Shown here piece after piece: positions 1 to 7,247 of a stretch of DNA of 64,000 nucleotides. The position numbers were made by a program, and so were the translations under genes. Location of the stretch: contig SVRV01000007.1 in NCBI GenBank assembly GCA_015064635.1, positions 20,602 to 84,601 on the forward strand, given 5' to 3'. Source of the stretch: Oscillospiraceae bacterium (lineage in GTDB: Bacteria; Bacillota; Clostridia; Oscillospirales; SIG627). The notes below the pieces were generated by a model. The model did not search any database and was not told the DNA's origin. It was given only the letters and a program-made list of their open reading frames with translations. Every line of letters begins with the position of its first letter. Within the stretch, counting starts at the first letter, position 1.

Positions 1-2582
1 GTCTTATATTCACGAGACGCCTTGCTGTAATACTTGATCTGAACACCTTCAAGTGCGGGGATTGCTATTGACCAGTCGCCGTCATAACTCTTAGCAACAA
101 CAAGCGCTGTACCGCCAACCTCTGCAACCTTTTCGGGAGGCATAATACTTGTCTTTGTAGCAACAACTGTAAAGAGAAGCTTTACGTATTCGGGAGCACT
201 GTCTGTAAGAACACCGTCTGTGCCATACTTCTTATTATCACTTACTGTAATAATATAATCATATACACCCGAATCATCGAAAACGATGCCCTGAGTCTTA
301 TCAACAGCCGTACCGTCTGCCTTTGAAACGGTATATTCAAATTCATTACCGTCTCTTATAGCAACAAGGTCGGCAAAATCAAAGGTGTAATCGCCGGTTG
401 TATCAAGGTCAATGGTAAGAGTTTGCACTTTTCCATCAATAATGTCAAATGCTGTGGCAAGTCCTATACCTTCTGCCAATTGGGTGTAGCTGAGCTCGGG
501 ACGAACGTTGCTGTAGGATGTAACTGCAAATTCGGGAACTGCAAGTGAATCTGCGTGAGTTCCGTTAGAATTGTCATAGGTATAAATTCTTGTTGTTGTG
601 CCCATTGTGGTAAGAGATGCAACGCTGTAAGGAATCTCTGTCTTGTTTGTTCTGTTGTCATTGATTGTGGGAACACTTACAGTATTACCCTGCTCCTGAG
701 GCATATATGCTATACCGAGACAGAACCAATCCTTATTTGAGCCTCCGTCAAGGGACATATTGTGCTTGTAATCAGCCTTTGCAAGTACGGCTGTTACAAC
801 AGAACTTGCATCGCTGGGAACGTACTGCTTGTAATCAGAGCATACCCATGCATACTGATTAAATTCTCCGTCAATGGTAATGGGAGTTGATTCTCCGGTT
901 TCCTCAGCCATTACAAGAACGCTGAATCCCATGAGAGTCTTGGAGGTGTCGTGAACTGTTGCCTGAGTAGGCTTTGTAATGATGTTGGTGTCTCTGAAGG
1001 TTACTTCCTTTGCCGAACCTATCTGTACGGTTGCTACAGCTCCGCCCACAAAGGTGGAATTGTCAAAAAGGAACTTACCGGTTCTTGCATACATTGCAAT
1101 ACGTCCGCCCGATATCTTGGAATTGAGTATCTGACAGTCACCGTCGGCAAGCACTGCACAGCAGATATTGTAGTACCAGTCCTTTGAGCCTGACACGTCG
1201 GCCTGCACGTTACCGTATGCCGTTGAAAGAAGCTGATACTGGTACATACCTGCAAAGGAGAAGTTGGGACAAACTATTTGCACGTTGTCAAGAGTTCCGT
1301 TGTTCATTTCAATGAATCCCGCAACCCAATTTGATTTGCAAATATCATTAGGCCATGTAACAGTAAAGCCGTTACCGTAGATAGCATATCCGTTTGATAC
1401 GCTGATAGCAGAGCCTGCTGTTGTATCGTTAAGAAGTACAACGTTGTTTGAGGTTGCGTTTATAATGCCTGTGGTGTTGACGGCATTTACTACCTCAAGA
1501 TAAAGCTCTGTGGGGATATTCTCGCCCTCGTTTACGGTCACCTTTACTGTACCCGTACCGGAGAACTTAAGGCTGCCGTTTGTCCAATCGGAGGTGTTTG
1601 CCGTAAACGTACCTGTTGCACTTCCTTCAATGCCTTCAACCGTTACATTTACCTTTGCACTGTCGATAACACCCTCGCCGGATGCCGCAAAGAGTGAGCT
1701 CATTGCAACATTGTTGGAGTTACCTATGCGGTAGAGGAACTTATCTGTTTCGGTGAACTTGTTGTTGAACTTATCAGCGGCTTTAACTTCAACTTCCGCT
1801 GTTGTTGCAAGGTTGTTGCCTTCCTTGATTGTAACAGCAGCACTTCCGACATTTTCGAAGGTTACTGTGCTCTGTGTCCAGTCCTCGGTATTTGCCGCAT
1901 ATGTAACATTCTCGCTTACGGTTACTGTTACAAGAGAGCTGTCAATTTCAACGCCCTCTGCAGCATTGAAAAGCTGACCGAGTGCTACAGTATCTCCCGA
2001 ATAAGCCTCAGTAAGGGTACCGAGCTCAAACTTTTCAATCTGTCTGAAAAGTCCCGAGGAGGGGTCTCTTTCTTTTATTGCTTCGTCTGTAATCTCAATT
2101 GTCTTACCGTGGATGGTATCGCCCGCTTTATTAATTGCGTAAGGTGTTACAGTAATTTTAACGTCTGTACCTACCCAATTTGTTGCGGTAAACAACATTT
2201 CATCTCCGAAAAGATATGCACCGCCAAGCTGGTCGGGAGTATATGTTGTAGCGGTACCGTTTGAATTGGTTACCTTCATTGAAGAATAAACTGTTGTTTT
2301 ACTGCGAACCTGTGTAGCCGGCTCTTTTGAACCGCTTATAGATGAAACCGTTATTGACAAACCTACTTCCTCGTACTTCAGGCTGTCAATTGCAGCGTAA
2401 ACATGAACAGGGAAATAGGATACTCCATCCTGAACCTTCTCATCCAAGTTGTACACTACAAGCATTTTCTGCATTATTTCTGTGGAATTTATTTCCTCTG
2501 CCATAGCAGAAAAAGACATTCCAAGCAATACCATAAGTACAGAAAGAGCAATAGTCAAAAATCTTGTAATTCTTTTAGTCAT
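1..2582 (-). CDS. Large secreted surface protein, 3' end cut by the window edge (signal peptide, ~135-aa shared N-terminal module, Ig-like segments, parallel beta-helix-like region)
   Basis: Absent from the supplied ORF track because it has no stop inside the window. Manual minus-strand translation from ATG 2582..2580 (GGAG RBS upstream) gives MTKRITRFLTIALSVLMVLLGMSFSAMAEE... and stays open for ~860 codons to position 1. It has a hydrophobic signal peptide. Later segments such as NNVVLLNDTTAGSAISVSNGYAIYGNGFTV and ILNSKISGGRIAMYARTGKFLFDNSTFVGG look like beta-helix turns. Confidence 0.8.
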   Translation of the reverse strand, partial: MTKRITRFLTIALSVLMVLLGMSFSAMAEEINSTEIMQKMLVVYNLDEKVQDGVSYFPVHVYAAIDSLKYEEVGLSITVSSISGSKEPATQVRSKTTVYSSMKVTNSNGTATTYTPDQLGGAYLFGDEMLFTATNWVGTDVKITVTPYAINKAGDTIHGKTIEITDEAIKERDPSSGLFRQIEKFELGTLTEAYSGDTVALGQLFNAAEGVEIDSSLVTVTVSENVTYAANTEDWTQSTVTFENVGSAAVTIKEGNNLATTAEVEVKAADKFNNKFTETDKFLYRIGNSNNVAMSSLFAASGEGVIDSAKVNVTVEGIEGSATGTFTANTSDWTNGSLKFSGTGTVKVTVNEGENIPTELYLEVVNAVNTTGIINATSNNVVLLNDTTAGSAISVSNGYAIYGNGFTVTWPNDICKSNWVAGFIEMNNGTLDNVQIVCPNFSFAGMYQYQLLSTAYGNVQADVSGSKDWYYNICCAVLADGDCQILNSKISGGRIAMYARTGKFLFDNSTFVGGAVATVQIGSAKEVTFRDTNIITKPTQATVHDTSKTLMGFSVLVMAEETGESTPITIDGEFNQYAWVCSDYKQYVPSDASSVVTAVLAKADYKHNMSLDGGSNKDWFCLGIAYMPQEQGNTVSVPTINDNRTNKTEIPYSVASLTTMGTTTRIYTYDNSNGTHADSLAVPEFAVTSYSNVRPELSYTQLAEGIGLATAFDIIDGKVQTLTIDLDTTGDYTFDFADLVAIRDGNEFEYTVSKADGTAVDKTQGIVFDDSGVYDYIITVSDNKKYGTDGVLTDSAPEYVKLLFTVVATKTSIMPPEKVAEVGGTALVVAKSYDGDWSIAIPALEGVQIKYYSKASREYK

Positions 2583-3288
2583 GCTTTTTATCTCCTGTTT
2601 TCTTTATTATTTTCTCATATGCAACCTCAGCCGATTCAACGTCCTTGTTGCATCTTATAACGTAAAACCTTGTTGTTGCCATAATCTTGCCTATCAGCTC
2701 AACGCTTTTTATCAAAGCCGCAGGGGCTGACGGCTTATAGGTTTGTGACAAAAGTTTTCTGAATGTGTCGCCCTTGAATTCTTCGCACTCGTTGGTTTCC
2801 GAGCGTTCAATAAAGCAGATTGCAGACAGCCGTGTTTTGGAATTGGTCTGCAAATTTTCCTTACCTGCCCAAGGGGTACCGTATGCAAAAATTCCCTCCT
2901 CGGTCACTCTAACAAGAGGCTTATCACCGTTTACAACGGTCATTTTATCTCCGAGGTGCTTTTTCCAATTCATCATATGGGTGGTCTTTCCCACACCGCT
3001 TTTTGCAAGAAAAGCAATCCCCTCGCCTTCAACGTCGATAACTACGCCGTGCATAAGTATTCCGTCACGGTAAGGGAGCCACTCGGCTATTTTACGATAA
3101 ACAGCCAGGCTTTCAAGATACCCTTTATTGGTTATCTTTTCACTTTCCTCTTTTTGAATTTCCTCATCGGTTACGCTCACCGTTATGTCCGCAGTCCTCG
3201 TGCTTACATAATCGGCACACATTCTTTCCAGGTATTCATATTTGTTGTCAATTTGAATACCAAATTCGGCAAGCTCTACATTTATCAT
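2575..3288 (-). CDS. HPr-kinase-like P-loop protein (cytoplasmic, function unknown)
   Basis: I place the start at MINVELAEFG (ATG 3288..3286), 1 nt after the SLH gene stop. The longer 266-aa track version overlaps that gene. It has a Walker-A-like AKSGVGKTTH followed by VVNGDKPLV and YGTPWAGK, the pattern of the HprK C-terminal / HprK-related kinase fold. There is no signal peptide. Its stop overlaps the start of the downstream gene by 8 nt. Confidence 0.6.
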   Translation of the reverse strand: MINVELAEFGIQIDNKYEYLERMCADYVSTRTADITVSVTDEEIQKEESEKITNKGYLESLAVYRKIAEWLPYRDGILMHGVVIDVEGEGIAFLAKSGVGKTTHMMNWKKHLGDKMTVVNGDKPLVRVTEEGIFAYGTPWAGKENLQTNSKTRLSAICFIERSETNECEEFKGDTFRKLLSQTYKPSAPAALIKSVELIGKIMATTRFYVIRCNKDVESAEVAYEKIIKKTGDKKHD

Positions 3289-3289
3289 G

Positions 3290-4186
3290 TTACTTTGCCT
3301 TGTATTCAATAAAACGCTTGAGAATTGTCGCCATTTCGGCTCTTGTAAGTGTATCCTGGGGTGCAAGTGTGTCAACGGTCTTGCCGTTTATAAGCTTATT
3401 TGCAACCGCCCATTTCATTGCACTCAATGCCCAGGATGATACCTTATCCGCATCCTCATAGCTTGTTATTTCAAAGGAAACGTCATTCAGGCTGATTTCG
3501 TTATTGTAATTATAGAGCATAACAGCCATTTGCTCTCTTGTTATTTCTCTGTCGGGAGCAAACTTGTTGTCACCAACACCGCCGACAACCTTATTCTCAA
3601 AGCCCCATGCCGCCGCCTTGGCGTACCAAGCATCTGCCGCCACGTCAACAAAAGGAGTTCCGACAGCTTCTGGCTCTTTTTCAAGTCTGTAAATTATTGT
3701 TATTGCCATTCCTCTTGTAACCGAAGCATCGGGAGCAAATTCGGTGTCCGAGGTGCCCATCATTATCTTGTTGTTGTAAGCATAAACAACATTGTCATAA
3801 AACCAATCACCCGGCTTTACGTCAGCAAACTCGGGAGCCTTTGTTTCCTCAGGCTGAGTTGTAGGTTCTGACGGTTTGGGAGTGGGTTTAGGGTTGGGTT
3901 TGGGATTCGGCTTGGGTGTAGGTGTTTCCGTATCAGTATCCGCATCGGGAGTTGTATCCGTATCGGGGATTGTGTCCATGTCGGGATTTGTGTCCGTGTC
4001 GGGATTTGTGTCCGTGTCGGGATTTGTGTCCGTGTCGGGATTTGTGTCTGGTTTTGGATTTGCGGGAACACCGTCAAATATGATACTTGAATCTATCTCT
4101 CCCGAATCCTCCGCTGTTAAATCTGCAAAAGCAACAGTGTTTAAGAGTAGCGAAATAATAGAAACAATTATAAGTGCTTTTTTCAT
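3290..4186 (-). CDS. S-layer homology (SLH) domain cell-wall anchor protein with acidic/proline-rich repeat stalk
   Basis: The real start is MKKALIIVSIISLLLNTVAFA (ATG 4186..4184, GGAGG RBS). The 349-aa track ORF reads through the upstream hairpin. Order of parts: signal peptide, ~25-aa N-terminal segment, (DTNPDT)n and (PKPN)n linkers, then three SLH-like repeats (FADVKPGDWFYDNVVYAY.., FVDVAADAWYAKAAAWG.., YEDADKVSSWALSAMKWA..). Confidence 0.85.
   Translation of the reverse strand: MKKALIIVSIISLLLNTVAFADLTAEDSGEIDSSIIFDGVPANPKPDTNPDTDTNPDTDTNPDTDTNPDMDTIPDTDTTPDADTDTETPTPKPNPKPNPKPTPKPSEPTTQPEETKAPEFADVKPGDWFYDNVVYAYNNKIMMGTSDTEFAPDASVTRGMAITIIYRLEKEPEAVGTPFVDVAADAWYAKAAAWGFENKVVGGVGDNKFAPDREITREQMAVMLYNYNNEISLNDVSFEITSYEDADKVSSWALSAMKWAVANKLINGKTVDTLAPQDTLTRAEMATILKRFIEYKAK
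3945..4052. repeat. 18-bp in-frame tandem repeat (~6 copies, TCGGGATTTGTGTCCGTG on + strand) encoding (PDTDTN)n
   Basis: Three perfect adjacent copies at 3981..4034 are flanked by degenerate copies. The repeat lies inside the SLH gene linker. Confidence 0.9.
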
Positions 4187-4204
4187 TTTTCCTCCAAAGT
4201 ATAA

Positions 4205-4233
4205 ACGGCAGGCAGTTGTAAACCGCCTGCCGT
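4205..4233 (-). terminator. Hairpin (9-bp GC-rich stem) between the 45-aa ORF and the SLH gene; possible attenuator or partial terminator
   Basis: ACGGCAGGC..11 nt..GCCTGCCGT. In the minus sense it is followed by TTTATACTTT, which is only moderately T-rich. Confidence 0.45.
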
Positions 4234-4271
4234 CAACTAACAAATTGTTATTTACGCAAGGAAAACTGTAA

Positions 4272-4409
4272 TTATCTGAGGCTCCAGATTGAGGAATCGC
4301 CGTTTCCGCCAACGGTACCTTCTTCGCCACCGTCTTCAAGACTGGTCTTGATTATGTCTTCCTCTGAAAACTCAATTATTTCAAGTTCGGGTGAAATGTA
4401 CTCTTTCAT
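4272..4409 (-). CDS. Small acidic peptide, 45 aa (MKEYISPELEIIEFSEEDIIKTSLEDGGEEGTVGGNGDSSIWSLR)
   Basis: Below the 60-aa cutoff of the ORF track. ATG 4409..4407 has a GGAGG (extended AAGGAGG) Shine-Dalgarno core 8 nt upstream, and the start lies 13 nt after the stop of the 862-aa gene. TAA stop at 4274..4272 is followed by a hairpin. No signal peptide; strongly acidic. Confidence 0.6.
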   Translation of the reverse strand: MKEYISPELEIIEFSEEDIIKTSLEDGGEEGTVGGNGDSSIWSLR

Positions 4410-4422
4410 TATTTTTTCCTCC

Positions 4423-7011
4423 TTAGTCTCTGAAAAGGGCTGAGCCCGACATCTTATTTTTGATTATTTTATCGGTCATGGTTGTTTCCTTACCGAGAAT
4501 TTCATTGCCTTCAAGGTCAACCGCATAAGGTGTTATAATAATCTTTGCATTAGCGTTTGTATACACATCGGCATTAAGAAGGATTTCACATCCGAATACA
4601 TACTCACCGCCAAGCTGTTCGGCTGTATAAACCGTTTCAGCTGTTTCTGCCGCATTTGTAACCTTCATGCTGCTATATACTGTGGTTGTGCTGAGCTTCT
4701 GTGTCTGCTCAAGGTAATTGCCGTCCATATCAATAACAGTTACCTTGAAGCCTACCTCGCTGTACTTGAGAGTATCAACAGCCGCACAAACAGTAAGTCT
4801 GTTATAGCCTTCCTTAGCTGCCATGTTGTTGACAACAAGGAGCTTCTGCATAATTTCTACCTTTTCGGCAGGAGTATAATCAAAATCATTTTCCTCGCTG
4901 ACAGACCAATCGGTTCCGTTCTCAACATACTCACCGTTTACAAGCTCTGTTTCAAAAAGCTTAAGGTTAAGTCCGAGAGTTGCACCCTCCTCAGCGATTT
5001 CAAAGGATTCCGCACCGAAGGGATTGAAGGATTCATCGGCAGCAAGTGCTTCAAGAACTGCCTGCTTTGCTTCTTCGTTGAATGAAGGATTGTTCAAAAG
5101 GAACTCTTCATCGTTATCGCACATTACTCTGTAAATTGCACGGAGAACATCCTCGGAAAGAACTACAGCAACGCCGTCGAAGGACTGAACCATGAGAACC
5201 GCGTCAAGATAGTTGCAGGTCCATAAGGGGTTAATCTGTTCAAGCAAATCCATAACTCTTACGGATTCACCCGCCTTGATGTTCACGATACCCATGGGGA
5301 TAGTACCGTATGAACCGTAGTTACCGAGAAGAATCGCCGATACATCCTTATCGGATGAAACAAGGAAGTCGGGGTTGTAGTATGCATAAGGAGCATTGAG
5401 AGCTGACTCATAATCCTCAACAGTCTTGAAATTCATACCGTATACAGATGCTTCGGGGTTGTTGAGGTTGTTGTAGATAGCTTCTATAAGGTCGCCCTTA
5501 TACTCAGGGTTTGAATCGGCAAAGAAGGCATCAAGTGCCGCCTTGTCCAGTGAAGAAGATTCATAGAGAGGAACTGTGGGATAGGATATGAAGTTTGTCT
5601 CCTCACCGATGTCAAACTTCTCGCCTGTCTTTACAGGCTTACCGTCTCCGTCAAGAGTTGTCTCATAAAGGTCAACGCCCAATGTAAGACCGGTTGCTTC
5701 CTCTACCTTTTCAAAGGATTCTGCACCAAGGGGATTTGCAGATGAAAGAAGGAGATTGAATACTGCTTCCTCATCATATTCGCCCTCGCCCGCAACCTTA
5801 TGGTATGCACGGAGAACATCCTCTGTAACGGGGATTGCAACACACTTAAATTCTTTAACAAGAAGAACTATGTCGGCGTATGTGAAATTAGCCCATGCCT
5901 TGTATGCGGGAATGGTTGCCGCTGTCTCCATTACGTTTACGGGAACTCCCGCCTTCATGCTGACTATACCTGCGGGGATAGTACCGTATGAACCGTAGTT
6001 GCCTACAAGAAGTACGCAAACATCTGTTTCGGATACTATTTCAAAATCTACTATGTAGTTTGCATAGGGAGCGTTGATTGCGGTCTCGTAATCCTCTGTT
6101 GCAGTATATACCATGCCGAATGCCGCATTCTCGGGATTTTCAAGTGCATCGTAAACAGCATCCACTACATCTCCGCCGTACTGCGCGTTGCCTGCATCAA
6201 AGAAAGCTTCAAGCTCTTCCTTTGTCATTTCGCGTGAATCGTACACGGGAACTTCGGGATAGTAAACGAACTCTTCCTTTTCAACTACCTCATACTTTAC
6301 TTCTGTTCTTTCGAACTTGCCCTCCGAAACCTCAACGGATTCGTAAACATCAAGTCCTACGCTGAGGGGAGCTGAACCCTCTACCTTTTCAAATGACTCC
6401 GCACCGAGAGGATTAGCCATGTCAAGAAGCTCAGCAAGAACTGCCTCTTCATTGTACTCACCCTCGCCCGCAACCGCGTGATATGCACGGAGAACATCCT
6501 CTGTAACGGGGATTGCAACACATCTGAATTCGCCTACAAGGAGAACTATATCCGCATATGTGAATCTTGCCCAAGCCGCACAGCCGGGAAGCTTTGAAGC
6601 GGTCTCCATTACATTTACAGGCTCATTCGCCTTAAGGTTTACAATTCCCACGGGGATAGTACCGTATGAACCGTAGTTGCCTACAAGGAGAACTGCCGCA
6701 TCCGACTTTGAAACAATTTCAAAATCTACTATGTAGTTTGCATAAGGCTTGGTTATTGCTGTCTCATAATCTTCAACAGCTGTATAAACCATACCAAAGG
6801 CTTCGTCCTTGGTTTCAAGTGCATCGTAAAGGTCGCCTATGAGGTCGCCCTTATACTCAACATTACCATCGTCAAAAAATGCTTCAAGCTCTGCCGCTGT
6901 CATTTCGCGTGCTTCATAGGGAGGTGTCAATTCTTCAGCAAACGCCGAAAGAGAGAACACAACAACCGCCATCATAACAGCAAGCAATGTGAATTTGATC
7001 TTTCTGCTCAT
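4423..7011 (-). CDS. Secreted 862-aa protein: signal peptide, three ~225-aa tandem repeats of an unrecognised domain, and a C-terminal ~135-aa module
   Basis: Signal peptide MSRKIKFTLLAVMMAVVVFSLSAFA. Repeats cover about aa 29-251, 252-477 and 478-715, each carrying ELEAFFD.GN, DYETAI..PYANYIVDFEIVS, GNYGSYGTIP.GIV and EDVLRAYH motifs. The C-terminal module resembles the N-terminus of the 1..2582 protein. Confidence 0.85.
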   Translation of the reverse strand: MSRKIKFTLLAVMMAVVVFSLSAFAEELTPPYEAREMTAAELEAFFDDGNVEYKGDLIGDLYDALETKDEAFGMVYTAVEDYETAITKPYANYIVDFEIVSKSDAAVLLVGNYGSYGTIPVGIVNLKANEPVNVMETASKLPGCAAWARFTYADIVLLVGEFRCVAIPVTEDVLRAYHAVAGEGEYNEEAVLAELLDMANPLGAESFEKVEGSAPLSVGLDVYESVEVSEGKFERTEVKYEVVEKEEFVYYPEVPVYDSREMTKEELEAFFDAGNAQYGGDVVDAVYDALENPENAAFGMVYTATEDYETAINAPYANYIVDFEIVSETDVCVLLVGNYGSYGTIPAGIVSMKAGVPVNVMETAATIPAYKAWANFTYADIVLLVKEFKCVAIPVTEDVLRAYHKVAGEGEYDEEAVFNLLLSSANPLGAESFEKVEEATGLTLGVDLYETTLDGDGKPVKTGEKFDIGEETNFISYPTVPLYESSSLDKAALDAFFADSNPEYKGDLIEAIYNNLNNPEASVYGMNFKTVEDYESALNAPYAYYNPDFLVSSDKDVSAILLGNYGSYGTIPMGIVNIKAGESVRVMDLLEQINPLWTCNYLDAVLMVQSFDGVAVVLSEDVLRAIYRVMCDNDEEFLLNNPSFNEEAKQAVLEALAADESFNPFGAESFEIAEEGATLGLNLKLFETELVNGEYVENGTDWSVSEENDFDYTPAEKVEIMQKLLVVNNMAAKEGYNRLTVCAAVDTLKYSEVGFKVTVIDMDGNYLEQTQKLSTTTVYSSMKVTNAAETAETVYTAEQLGGEYVFGCEILLNADVYTNANAKIIITPYAVDLEGNEILGKETTMTDKIIKNKMSGSALFRD

Positions 7012-7108
7012 CTTTTTCCTCTTTTCTTATAAAGTTATAAATTTTATTGGTTACGTTTTGAATAGTGTGCACGGGCACACTGCAAGCGACCATACACTCG
7101 CATGATAT

Positions 7109-7137
7109 GTTATATCACAATTTAAATAAAAAGTCAA
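7109..7137 (-). promoter_or_regulatory. Sigma-A type promoter for the surface-protein operon (TTGACT-17-TATAAC, with TGn extended -10)
   Basis: Minus-strand reading: TTGACTttttatttaaattgTGaTATAAC. It lies about 100 nt upstream of the 7011 start. The 5' UTR holds a 7-bp hairpin at 7064..7081. Confidence 0.5.
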
Positions 7138-7186
7138 CAAAAATGATATAAATATGTAATATATTTTGCTTTTTTTGTCAAAACCA

Positions 7187-7241
7187 CAAAAACGCAAAAA
7201 GCAAAGTTACCCTTTTTGTGAATTCTCACAAAAAGGGTAAC
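7187..7241 (-). terminator. Rho-independent terminator after the TIM-barrel gene
   Basis: Perfect stem GTTACCCTTTTTGTGA / TCACAAAAAGGGTAAC, followed in the minus sense by a T-rich tract. Confidence 0.8.
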
Positions 7242-7247
7242 GAGGGT

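Noticed and set aside
3876-4271. 131-aa + strand ORF with (GFVSVS)n repeats
   Set aside because: It is the antisense reading of the (DTNPDT)n linker of the SLH gene. The SLH frame has a signal peptide, an RBS and SLH domains.
3290-4339. N-terminally extended track ORFs (3290..4339, 2575..3375, 12917..14035, 10423..11340, 29381..30100, 26387..27061, 57765..57956, 60650..61246, 61438..61983)
   Set aside because: In each case an internal ATG with a good Shine-Dalgarno and a family-typical N-terminus is available. The extension runs through hairpins, promoters or the neighbouring gene.
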